From NCBI GenBank assembly GCA_003222115.1, contig QHUL01000050.1:17086-81085 (forward strand): 64,000 nt of DNA, in the 5' to 3' direction. A program made the translations under genes and the position numbers. The notes beneath the pieces were generated by a model. It was given only the letters and a program-made list of their open reading frames with translations. It did no database searches and was not told where the DNA came from. Source of the stretch: Gemmatimonadota bacterium (lineage in GTDB: Bacteria > Gemmatimonadota > Gemmatimonadetes > Gemmatimonadales > GWC2-71-9). Shown here in pieces: positions 1-7,800 of this stretch. Positions within the stretch are counted from its first letter, which is position 1. Each line of letters opens with the position of its first letter.

Positions 1-2
1 GG

Positions 3-1160
3 CGCCCCACGAAGGATTCGGACCAGGACGGGGTGGTCGATTCCGAGGACAAATGCCCCGACACGCCCGTCGGCGCCAAGGTCGACGAACGGGGCTGCCC
101 CATCGACTCCGACAAGGACGGCGTGCCCGACGGCCTCGACAAGTGTCCCGACACGCCGCCCGGCGCGCACGTCGACGCCACCGGCTGCCCGACCGACGCC
201 GACCAGGATGGCGTGCCCGACGGCCTCGATCAGTGCCCCAACACACCCCCCGGGGTGCACGTCGACGCGACCGGGTGTCCCGTCGATTCCGATCACGACG
301 GCGTGCCCGACGGCATCGACCAGTGCCCCGACACCCCGGCCGGCGCCACGGTCGACGCGAAGGGGTGCCCGAGCGACGCGGACAACGACGGCGTGCCCGA
401 CGGCATCGACCGCTGCCCCAACACACCCATCGGCGCCAAGGTGGACTCGAGCGGCTGCCCCATCGACTCGGATCACGACGGTGTGCCCGACGGCATCGAC
501 CAGTGCTCGGACACGCCGGCCGGCAGCGCGGTGGACTCCACGGGCTGCCCGATCGGCAAGGATTCGGACGGCGACGGCGTGCCGGACTCGGTCGACAAGT
601 GTCCCAACACGCCTGCCGGTACCACGGTGGACGCCACCGGGTGCCCGGTGTCGAACGAGGTCGTGCGCGCCCAGCCCGGCGACGAGGACGGCGACGGGGT
701 GCCCGACACCCTGGACAAGTGCCCGCACACGCCAGCTGGCGCCAAGGTGGACGCGCAGGGCTGCATCATCCTGTTCCAGCCGCAGCCCGCCGGGCCACCG
801 CAGCCCGGCGCGCCGGCGCGCCCCACGCTCATCCTGCTAGGCGTGACCTTCGCGACCGCCCAGTCGGCCCTGAAGCCGCAGTCGTACGTCGTGCTCGACC
901 AGGTCGCCGCGTCGCTCGTCGCGAATCCCGAGATCCAGATCGAGATCGCGGGCTACACCGACAACACCGGCTCCCCCACCCTCAACCGGCGCTTGTCGCA
1001 GGCGCGCGCCGATCGCGTGCGGGCGTACCTCGCGAGCAAAGGCGTGAGTCCCTCGCGGATGATCGCGCGGGGCTACGGCCCGGCGAACCCCATTGCGCCG
1101 AACACCACGGCGGCGGGGCGGGCGCAGAACCGGAGAGTGGAGCTGCACAAGCTGCCGTAG
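3..1160 (+). CDS. OmpA-family outer-membrane protein with tandem thrombospondin type-3 (TSP3) Ca-binding repeats; 5' end lies outside the window
   Basis: The frame is open from the window edge (codons from nt 3 read RPTKDSDQDGVVDSEDKCPDTP), so the start at 33 is not the real one. It has eight ~30-aa units of the form DxDxDGVPDxxDxCPxTPxGxxVDxxGCP. These are followed by an OmpA C-terminal signature (IAGYTDNTGSPTLNRRLSQARADRVRAYL...NRRVEL). Confidence 0.9.
   Translation, partial: RPTKDSDQDGVVDSEDKCPDTPVGAKVDERGCPIDSDKDGVPDGLDKCPDTPPGAHVDATGCPTDADQDGVPDGLDQCPNTPPGVHVDATGCPVDSDHDGVPDGIDQCPDTPAGATVDAKGCPSDADNDGVPDGIDRCPNTPIGAKVDSSGCPIDSDHDGVPDGIDQCSDTPAGSAVDSTGCPIGKDSDGDGVPDSVDKCPNTPAGTTVDATGCPVSNEVVRAQPGDEDGDGVPDTLDKCPHTPAGAKVDAQGCIILFQPQPAGPPQPGAPARPTLILLGVTFATAQSALKPQSYVVLDQVAASLVANPEIQIEIAGYTDNTGSPTLNRRLSQARADRVRAYLASKGVSPSRMIARGYGPANPIAPNTTAAGRAQNRRVELHKLP
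15..764 (+). repeat. About 90-bp tandem coding repeat (8 TSP3 units) inside the OmpA-family gene
   Basis: The DNA block gacggcgtgcccgacggc..gac.agtg.cc..acacgcc recurs with ~90-nt periodicity. The protein units are listed under the CDS entry. Confidence 0.8.
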
Positions 1161-1172
1161 TCAGCCGGATGG

Positions 1173-1204
1173 GCGGATAGGCGGATAGCACTCGCTTATC
1201 CGCC
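1173..1204 (+). repeat. Two tandem octamers GCGGATAG plus a short imperfect hairpin, 13 nt after the OmpA-family stop; possible terminator
   Basis: GCGGATAG occurs at 1173-1180 and again at 1181-1188. GGCGGATAGC (1180-1189) pairs with GCTTATCCGCC (1194-1204) with one bulged A and a 4-nt loop. There is no U-tract. Confidence 0.5.
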
Positions 1205-1252
1205 CGTCGCGCCTCGGGGCCGGCTCCAGTATCTTTCGAGCCCCGAAAGAGC

Positions 1253-3358
1253 ATGGAGCTGTCCCCGATGCGTCCGCTCCACCGCGGCGCTGCCACCGCG
1301 GCCGCGCTGCTGCTATCCGCGTATCCGCCTAACCGCCTAACCGCCCAACGGCCCCTCCAGGCGACGGATTATTACAAGCTCGTCGTGGTTGCGAACCCGG
1401 CGCTCTCTCCCGACGGGCGGCGCGTGGCCTTCGCGGTCACGACGGTGGTCGAAGACAAGGACAAGCGGCACAGCGAGATCTGGATGGCGTCCGCGGACGG
1501 CTCGGGGAAGCCGTACCGCTACACCAGCCCTGCGACCGAGGCGTCGAGCCCGCGCTGGTCGCCGGACGGATCGCTGCTCGCGTTCACGAGCAAGCGCGAG
1601 GGCGCGGACGACGACGCGTGGTTCCTCCGCACCGGCGCCCCGGGCGGCGAAGCCTTTCAGATCGCCGGCGTACACGCGCTGCCCGTGTTCTCGCCGGATG
1701 GCCGGCAGCTCTTGTACGAATGGCGCGGCCCCGAGCCGGACAGCCTGAAGCAGCAGCCATGGCGCGAGCGCGTTTCTCCCGCGGCCATCACCCGCGGGCC
1801 CGATCCCAAGCGGTTCGACGGGCGCCTGTACACGTCTCTCCCCGTCGTCGCAGACGAACGGGGTCTCGTCCCCCCTCGGGAGACACGGCGGCCGCGGCAC
1901 CTCTACGTCGCGCCCCTCGATGGCGGCGACCCGGCCCAGCTCACGACTGGTGAGGTGGCTCAGACCGATCCCGCCTGGTCGCCCGACGGCCGGGCGGTCG
2001 TGTTCGTCCAGGACTCGACGGAGACGGTGGAACTGGATGTGCAGCCGCGGCCCCAGCTCTACGTGCTCACCCTCGCCGACCGGAGCGTGCGGCGGCTCGA
2101 GACGGGATACACGGAAAACGCGTCACCGGCATGGTCGCCGGACGGGAAGTGGATCGCGTTCGAGTGCTCGAAGGGCCGGGGGGAAGAGAACGACGTCTGC
2201 GTCATGCCCGCGGGCGGCGGGGCGGTCCGCAACCTGACGGGTTCCTGGGACCTCGACCCGGGCGGGGTGCAGTGGTCGCGCGACTCGAAGACGGTCTACT
2301 GCTTCGCCGAGACGCGGGGAAACCTGCACCTGTTCGCGGCGGCGGCGGGTGGGGGACCCGTGCGCCAGGTCACGACCGGCGAGCGGCAGCTGCGCGGCTT
2401 TTCCTTCAGCGCCGACGGGAAGTGGCTCACCTACACCGCAAGCGACGTCACCCGCCCGACCGAGTTGTACGTGGCGCCGGCTGCCGGGGGACGGGAGCGG
2501 CGCGTCACCTCATTCAACGACGCCTGGCTCGCGCCGCTCGCCATCATCCCGGCCGATACGTTCTGGTTTGCGGGCACGGGCGGCTTGCGGATCGAGGGGT
2601 GGCTGATGAGACCCTCCGGCTACCAGGCGGGCAAGAAGTACCCCCTCGTGCTGTCCATCCACGGGGGGCCGCACTCGAATTACGGGAACGTGTTCTTCCC
2701 CGAGTTCCAAATGCTCGCCGGGCAGGGGTACTGGATGCTGTTCACGAACCCGCGCGGCTCGAGCGGCTACGGCCATGCCTTCACGTTCGCGACACGCGGC
2801 CGCTGGGGGATGGAGGACTACAGGGATCTCATGCAGGCGGTGGACGTCGTGATCGCGCGGGGGGACGTGGATACGACGAAGCTCGCGGTACTGGGAGGCT
2901 CGTATGGCGGTTTCATGACGAACTGGATCGTGGGGCACACCACCCGCTTCGCGGTGGCGGAGACCGATCGCTCGATCTTCAACTGGTACTCCTGGTACGG
3001 CTCTTCCGACGCGCAGGGCCTCACGGACTACGAGTTCTTCGGCGAGCCGTGGCGCAGCGACTCCCTGTATCGGGCGCTGTCGCCCATGACCTACGCGAAA
3101 GCCATGCGCACTCCGATGCTCATCGTGCACAGCGAGGACGACCGGCGCACGCCCATCACCGACGCCGAGCAGTTGTTCGTGCTGCTGCGCCAGCGCGGCG
3201 TGCCGGCGGAGTTCGTGCGTTATCCGCGCTCGTTCCACGGGCTGTCCCGCACCGGGCCGCCCTGGCTCCTGGTGGACCGGTTGGAGCGGATCCGGACTTG
3301 GTTCGCGCACTGGCTGGGCACGGGCGAGACGCCCTCCGCGGCCGGCGCGCTGCACTAA
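1253..3358 (+). CDS. S9-family serine peptidase (prolyl oligopeptidase / acylaminoacyl-peptidase type) with N-terminal beta-propeller; secreted
   Basis: It has WD40/TolB-like SPDG repeats (LSPDGRRVAF, WSPDGSLLAF, WSPDGRAVVF, WSPDGKWIAF). The nucleophile elbow is GGSYGG, followed by HSEDDRRTP and FHGL. The N-terminus is signal-peptide-like. The start could instead be the ATG at 1268. Confidence 0.9.
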   Translation: MELSPMRPLHRGAATAAALLLSAYPPNRLTAQRPLQATDYYKLVVVANPALSPDGRRVAFAVTTVVEDKDKRHSEIWMASADGSGKPYRYTSPATEASSPRWSPDGSLLAFTSKREGADDDAWFLRTGAPGGEAFQIAGVHALPVFSPDGRQLLYEWRGPEPDSLKQQPWRERVSPAAITRGPDPKRFDGRLYTSLPVVADERGLVPPRETRRPRHLYVAPLDGGDPAQLTTGEVAQTDPAWSPDGRAVVFVQDSTETVELDVQPRPQLYVLTLADRSVRRLETGYTENASPAWSPDGKWIAFECSKGRGEENDVCVMPAGGGAVRNLTGSWDLDPGGVQWSRDSKTVYCFAETRGNLHLFAAAAGGGPVRQVTTGERQLRGFSFSADGKWLTYTASDVTRPTELYVAPAAGGRERRVTSFNDAWLAPLAIIPADTFWFAGTGGLRIEGWLMRPSGYQAGKKYPLVLSIHGGPHSNYGNVFFPEFQMLAGQGYWMLFTNPRGSSGYGHAFTFATRGRWGMEDYRDLMQAVDVVIARGDVDTTKLAVLGGSYGGFMTNWIVGHTTRFAVAETDRSIFNWYSWYGSSDAQGLTDYEFFGEPWRSDSLYRALSPMTYAKAMRTPMLIVHSEDDRRTPITDAEQLFVLLRQRGVPAEFVRYPRSFHGLSRTGPPWLLVDRLERIRTWFAHWLGTGETPSAAGALH
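1324..1355 (+). repeat. Four tandem octamers CTAWCCGC (reverse complement of GCGGWTAG) inside the 5' coding region of the S9 peptidase
   Basis: CTATCCGC GTATCCGC CTAACCGC CTAACCGC occupy 1324-1355. They are translated as LSAYPPNRLT in the predicted signal peptide. Confidence 0.8.
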
Positions 3359-3378
3359 GCCTCGTGACGCATCGATCC

Positions 3379-5715
3379 ATGATCGCGCGCGGGCTCGCCG
3401 CCCTCGCCTGCGCGGCGCTGCTCACCGTTCCAGCCGGGGCGCAGCAGCGGAGACGGCCGGCGCAGCGGCCGGCGCCGCGGATCCCCACGCCGAAATCGGT
3501 GCTCGGCTTCGAGCCCGGCGAAGACCGGAAGCTCGCGGAGTGGCCCCTGCTCGTCCGCTACTATCAGGCGCTCGCCAAAGCGAGCGACCGCCTGCAGTAC
3601 CGCGAGCTCGGGAAGACGACGCTCGGCGCCCCGTTCGTGACGCTCGTGATCTCGAGCCCCCAAAACCTGCGGCGGCTCAATCGCCTGCGCGGCCTCAACG
3701 CCAGGCTCGCCGACCCCCGCACGCTGCGCTCGACCCGCGAAACGGAGGAGGCGCTGCGGGACGGCAAGACCGTCGTCCTCATCACGTCCGGCATCCATTC
3801 GAACGAGGTGGGCGGCCACCTCACCCCCGTGGTGCTCGCCCACCGGCTCGCGACGGACACGAGCGCCGCCACGCGAGCCATCCTGGACAACGTGATCCTG
3901 CTCCTCGTTCCGTCGCTCAACCCGGACGGCGTGACGATCGTCACCCGCTGGTACAATCGGACGCTCGGCACGCCCGCCGAGGGCGCCGAGCCGCCGGAGC
4001 TGTACCACCACTACGCGGGGCACGACAACAACCGCGACTGGTACGCCTTCACCCAGGTGGAGACACGCCTGGCCGTGGACTCGCTGTACAACGTGTGGCA
4101 TCCCCAGATCGTGCAGGACATCCACCAGCAGGACTCGGACGGCTCGCGGCTCTTCCTCCCGCCCTACCTGGATCCCGTGGAGCCGAACGTTGATCCGCTG
4201 CTCGTCGACGGGGTGAACGCGCTGGGGACGGCGGTGGCGTGGGCGCTCTCGGACCAGGGGAAGACGGGCATCGCGATCAACGCGATCTACGACGCCTGGA
4301 CTCCGGCCCGGGCTTACCAGCACTACCACGGCGGCGTGCGGATCCTGTCCGAGGTGGCGAGCGCCGACCTCGCCTCGCCGATCGATGTCGGCTTCGACGA
4401 GCTGCAGGCGCGCGCGCGTGGCTACAACCCGCGGGAGCGCTCCTGGAACTTCACCGCGCCCTGGCCGGGCGGCCGCTGGGCCCTGCGGGACATCGTGAGC
4501 TACCAGACAGAGGCGGCGTACGCCCTGCTCCAGAACGCGGCGCGCGACCGCGACCGCTGGCTCGCGACGTTCCTGACGGTCGGCTGGCACGCGGTGCGCG
4601 GCTGGAAGGGCTGGCCGTACGCGTACGTCATCCCCAAGCAGCGGCAGGACAGCGTGGCACTCGCCGCGCTGCTCGGCATCCTGCACCGCGGCCAGGTCGA
4701 GATCCGCACCGCCCAGCTGCCCTTCACGCTCGGCGGGCAGCGGTTTGCCGCCGGCAGCTACGTCGTGGTCCTGCGCCAACCGTACGCGGCATTCGCCAAG
4801 ACGCTGCTCGAGCCGCAGCACTACCCCGACCTGCGGGTCGCCCCGGGCGGCCCGCCGACTCCGCCGTACGACGTCACGGCCCACACCCTGCCGCTCCTCA
4901 TGGGTGTGGCGGCCGTGCCGGCGCCCGACTCACTGCGCCTGCCGCTGTCGGCCCCGGTCGAGCCGCCGGGCGCGACGCCCGGATACCCGGGTTTCGGTGA
5001 GGGCCAGGCGCCACGCATCGGGTTGTACCGCTCGTACGACGCATCGATGGACGAAGGGTGGACGCGCTGGGTGTTCGACACCTGGAAGGTGCCCTACCAG
5101 CCGCTCGTGGACTCCGTGGTCCGCGCTGGCAAGCTGAAGGAGCAGTTCGACGCCATCCTGCTCCCCGACCAGGAGCCGCGGCAGCTGCTCGATGGCTTGC
5201 CGAAGAGCTACCCCGCGCCCTACCCCGGCGGCCTGGGATCGGAAGGCGCGCGCGCCTTGCGCCAGTTCGTCGAGGACGGTGGCACGCTCATCGCACTCAA
5301 CCAGGCCAGCCGCTTCGTCATGGACCAGCTGCTCCTGCCCGTGCGCAACGTGCTCGAGGGCGTGCCCGACGACGATTTCTACGCGCCGGGCTCCATCTTC
5401 CGGCTGGACGTGGACACGGCGCACGCGGTGGCGAAGGGGACGCCCGCCCACAGCATCGCCTGGTTCGAGAACGGCCCAGCGTTCGAGGTCGTGGACTCGA
5501 CGGCTGTGCGCGTGATCGCCCGTTACCCGGCCGACCCCGACAAGGTGCTCGCCTCAGGCTGGGTGTTGCACCCTGAGAGGGTGGCCGGCCGGGCGGCTCT
5601 GCTCGAAGTGCACCTGGGTTCCGGACGGGTCATCCTGTTCGGCTTCCGGCCCCAGTACCGCGGCCAGAGCATCGCGACCTACCCGTTGCTGTTCAACAGC
5701 TTACAGCTTCGGTGA
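3379..5715 (+). CDS. M14-family zinc carboxypeptidase-like protein; secreted
   Basis: This is the C-terminal 778 aa of track ORF 2131..5715. The ATG at 3379 is followed by a signal peptide (MIARGLAALACAALLTVPAGAQ). It carries the HxxE zinc motif GIHSNEVGG and the run LVPSLNPDG...YAGHDNNRDW. The upstream part of the ORF overlaps the S9 gene in another frame and is Arg/Gly-rich junk. Confidence 0.85.
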   Translation: MIARGLAALACAALLTVPAGAQQRRRPAQRPAPRIPTPKSVLGFEPGEDRKLAEWPLLVRYYQALAKASDRLQYRELGKTTLGAPFVTLVISSPQNLRRLNRLRGLNARLADPRTLRSTRETEEALRDGKTVVLITSGIHSNEVGGHLTPVVLAHRLATDTSAATRAILDNVILLLVPSLNPDGVTIVTRWYNRTLGTPAEGAEPPELYHHYAGHDNNRDWYAFTQVETRLAVDSLYNVWHPQIVQDIHQQDSDGSRLFLPPYLDPVEPNVDPLLVDGVNALGTAVAWALSDQGKTGIAINAIYDAWTPARAYQHYHGGVRILSEVASADLASPIDVGFDELQARARGYNPRERSWNFTAPWPGGRWALRDIVSYQTEAAYALLQNAARDRDRWLATFLTVGWHAVRGWKGWPYAYVIPKQRQDSVALAALLGILHRGQVEIRTAQLPFTLGGQRFAAGSYVVVLRQPYAAFAKTLLEPQHYPDLRVAPGGPPTPPYDVTAHTLPLLMGVAAVPAPDSLRLPLSAPVEPPGATPGYPGFGEGQAPRIGLYRSYDASMDEGWTRWVFDTWKVPYQPLVDSVVRAGKLKEQFDAILLPDQEPRQLLDGLPKSYPAPYPGGLGSEGARALRQFVEDGGTLIALNQASRFVMDQLLLPVRNVLEGVPDDDFYAPGSIFRLDVDTAHAVAKGTPAHSIAWFENGPAFEVVDSTAVRVIARYPADPDKVLASGWVLHPERVAGRAALLEVHLGSGRVILFGFRPQYRGQSIATYPLLFNSLQLR

Positions 5716-5764
5716 CGGCCGCCCTTGTCCCCGGGAGCGGCACTCCCTATCGTGTAGGCCCTTT

Positions 5765-6979
5765 ATGAGATTGGTCCGGCGGCAGGCAAGCGCCCTCTTG
5801 CTCTGGGCCGCGCTCTTCACGAGTCGCGGCCTTTTTGCGCAGGGCATCTTGCCGCCCCGCGACACGGTCGCGGCCGCCGATCAGCTCAAGGTGGCGCTGC
5901 GTCCTCTGGATCTCCGCTACGCGCAGCCGCAGCCCATTCTCGGTCCCGTGCCGGCCTCGATCAAGGCGCTGTACGTCAACGCGTGGGCCTTCGGCTCCTC
6001 CAAGCTGTGGCAGTTGGTACGGCTCGCGGACGAGACCGAGATCAACGCCTTCGTCGTCGACGTGAAGGACGACACCGGTTGCATGCTCTACCCGTCAGCC
6101 GTGCCCACCGCCCAAGAGATCGGCGCGAACGCGTGCGTACGCACCAAGGATGCGCGCGCCCGGCTCGACACTCTCGTGGCGCACGGCATCTACCCGATCG
6201 CGCGGTTCGTCGTCGCGAAGGATCCTCTCCTCGCCGAGCACAAACCCGGGTGGTCGGTGCAGCACCGCGACGGCGGCCTGTGGCGCGACCGGATCGGGAT
6301 GGCATGGGTCGACGCCTACAACGACTCGGTGTGGATCTACGCCGCTCAGCTCGCGCGTGAGGCCGTCAAGCTGGGGTTCCAGGAGGTGCAATTCGACTAC
6401 GTGCGCTTCCCTGACGAGCCGCGCGAGCGTCTCGAGACGGCCGTCTTCCCGGCCCGGCGCCCGGGTCAGTCGCAGCGCGACGCCGTGCGCGCGCACATCA
6501 CCTTGCTCCGGGACCGGCTCAGGCCGCTCGGCGCTCCCGTGACGTTCGACATCTTCGGGCTCACCGCGTCGGCCACGGGCGACCTCGGCATCGGGCAGGT
6601 GTGGGAGGACTTCATCGCCGTGGCGGACGTCGTGCTCCCGATGGTGTACCCGAGTCACTACTACCGTGGCGCCTACGGGTTCGCGCGCCCCAATGCCGAG
6701 CCCTATCGCGTGGTCCGCAACGCGCTGCGCGAGGCGTTGGACCGCTCGCGCCCACGCGGCAGCTCGGCCGAAATCCGTCCCTACCTGCAGGCCTTCACAT
6801 TGGGACGGCGGCTGCCGCGCTACACCCCCTTCGAGATCCGCGAGCAGATCCGCGCGGCGGAAGAGCTGGGCATCACCTCCTGGGTGCTGTGGAACCCCCG
6901 TAGCGTCTACCAGCGCGACTCGCTCCGCCCCAAGCGGCGCCCGAGCGGTCCCGCTCAGCTATCGAGCGGCGGCGAGTAG
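5765..6979 (+). CDS. Putative glycoside hydrolase-like TIM-barrel protein (COG1306 / DUF4015-like); secreted
   Basis: It has a signal peptide (ALLLWAALFTSRGLFAQ) and the motifs VVDVKDDTG, EVQFDYVRFP and VLPMVYPSHY, which I recall as typical of that family. This is a family-level call from memory. Confidence 0.6.
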   Translation: MRLVRRQASALLLWAALFTSRGLFAQGILPPRDTVAAADQLKVALRPLDLRYAQPQPILGPVPASIKALYVNAWAFGSSKLWQLVRLADETEINAFVVDVKDDTGCMLYPSAVPTAQEIGANACVRTKDARARLDTLVAHGIYPIARFVVAKDPLLAEHKPGWSVQHRDGGLWRDRIGMAWVDAYNDSVWIYAAQLAREAVKLGFQEVQFDYVRFPDEPRERLETAVFPARRPGQSQRDAVRAHITLLRDRLRPLGAPVTFDIFGLTASATGDLGIGQVWEDFIAVADVVLPMVYPSHYYRGAYGFARPNAEPYRVVRNALREALDRSRPRGSSAEIRPYLQAFTLGRRLPRYTPFEIREQIRAAEELGITSWVLWNPRSVYQRDSLRPKRRPSGPAQLSSGGE

Positions 6980-6996
6980 CACGATATTCCTAGAAC

Positions 6997-7704
6997 ATGA
7001 ATCGCCTCTTGCCGCTTTGCGCCGCGGCGCTCGTCGCGTGTTCGTCAGACAGCGTCGCCGTCGACCCCGACGCCATCGACGGTGCAGAGAAGGCTGCCGT
7101 CCAAGCGGCCCTCAACGTCGCGCTCAAGGACGACCCCCTCTATCCCACGCTCGCGTTCCTCGTGTTCCCCTTCATCGATCGGGCTTCGCACGTGAGCACG
7201 GTGAACGGGGAGGCGCGCTTCGTGGGGATAGAGCTCGACATCGATGCGGTGCAGGCCGGCACCCCGGTCGTGGCACAGTTCGCGACGCTGCTCGGGTGGC
7301 GCGGCTACTCGTCCACGACGCAGACGATCGACACCGCCTTCGTCTTGATGGGCGCGGGGATCACCCCGCCGCCGGTCGACGATCAGCTGAGCGATCACTT
7401 CTCCCCCGACGCCCCGGGCACCGGCATCGGTTACGTGGTCCAGCAGAACCCGGACGCGAGCCTGCAGGCGTGGCTCTCGTACACCGGCACGCTGCACGTG
7501 ACGAGCAGTTCCTACGGTACGCCCACCACCACGACCTACGGCACCGGGCTCGTGCTCACGGCGAGCCGCGGCACCCTCAAAGGTGACTTCCAGTTCACGG
7601 GGCATCCCATCCCCGTTCCAGGGCCGCCCGACGTGTCCGCCGCCGCGAGCCTCGCGGGCGGGATCCAGGCGCTCAAGCTCCGGATTACGGGAACGGTGCC
7701 CTAG
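6997..7704 (+). CDS. Hypothetical lipoprotein
   Basis: It has a lipobox-type N-terminus (MNRLLPLCAAALVAC-SSD) and coding-like composition. I recognise no family. Confidence 0.6.
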   Translation: MNRLLPLCAAALVACSSDSVAVDPDAIDGAEKAAVQAALNVALKDDPLYPTLAFLVFPFIDRASHVSTVNGEARFVGIELDIDAVQAGTPVVAQFATLLGWRGYSSTTQTIDTAFVLMGAGITPPPVDDQLSDHFSPDAPGTGIGYVVQQNPDASLQAWLSYTGTLHVTSSSYGTPTTTTYGTGLVLTASRGTLKGDFQFTGHPIPVPGPPDVSAAASLAGGIQALKLRITGTVP

Positions 7705-7714
7705 AACTAACACC

Positions 7715-7795
7715 GTGGGGAGTGGGGAGTGGTACGTGACGGTGCCAAAGCGGATATCCAGTGTGCACCGCATCGAACCACTCCCCGCTCCCCAC
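7715..7795. terminator. Long hairpin with arms made of tandem GGGGAGT heptamers, between convergent genes (probable bidirectional terminator)
   Basis: GTGGGGAGTGGGGAGTGG (7715-7732) pairs with CCACTCCCCGCTCCCCAC (7778-7795). That is 17/18 Watson-Crick pairs plus one G-U, with a 45-nt loop. It lies 10 nt after one stop codon and 5 nt before the other. Confidence 0.6.
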
Positions 7796-7800
7796 GCCTT

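Noticed and set aside
53-1180. A 375-aa ORF, plus 208..840 and the antisense ORFs 473..832, 837..1148 and 982..1296, all overlapping the OmpA-family gene
   Set aside because: These are Arg/Pro/Ala-rich low-complexity translations typical of off-frame reading in high-GC DNA. The frame starting at nt 3 has clear TSP3 and OmpA motifs.
2131-3378. The N-terminal 416 codons of the 1194-aa track ORF 2131..5715
   Set aside because: This part overlaps the well-supported S9 peptidase gene in another frame and translates to Arg/Gly-rich junk. The M14 homology and a signal peptide begin at the ATG at 3379.
3355-4884. A 509-aa antisense ORF opposite the M14 carboxypeptidase gene
   Set aside because: It has no recognisable motifs and an Arg/Gly/Pro-rich composition. 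It is a GC-bias shadow ORF.
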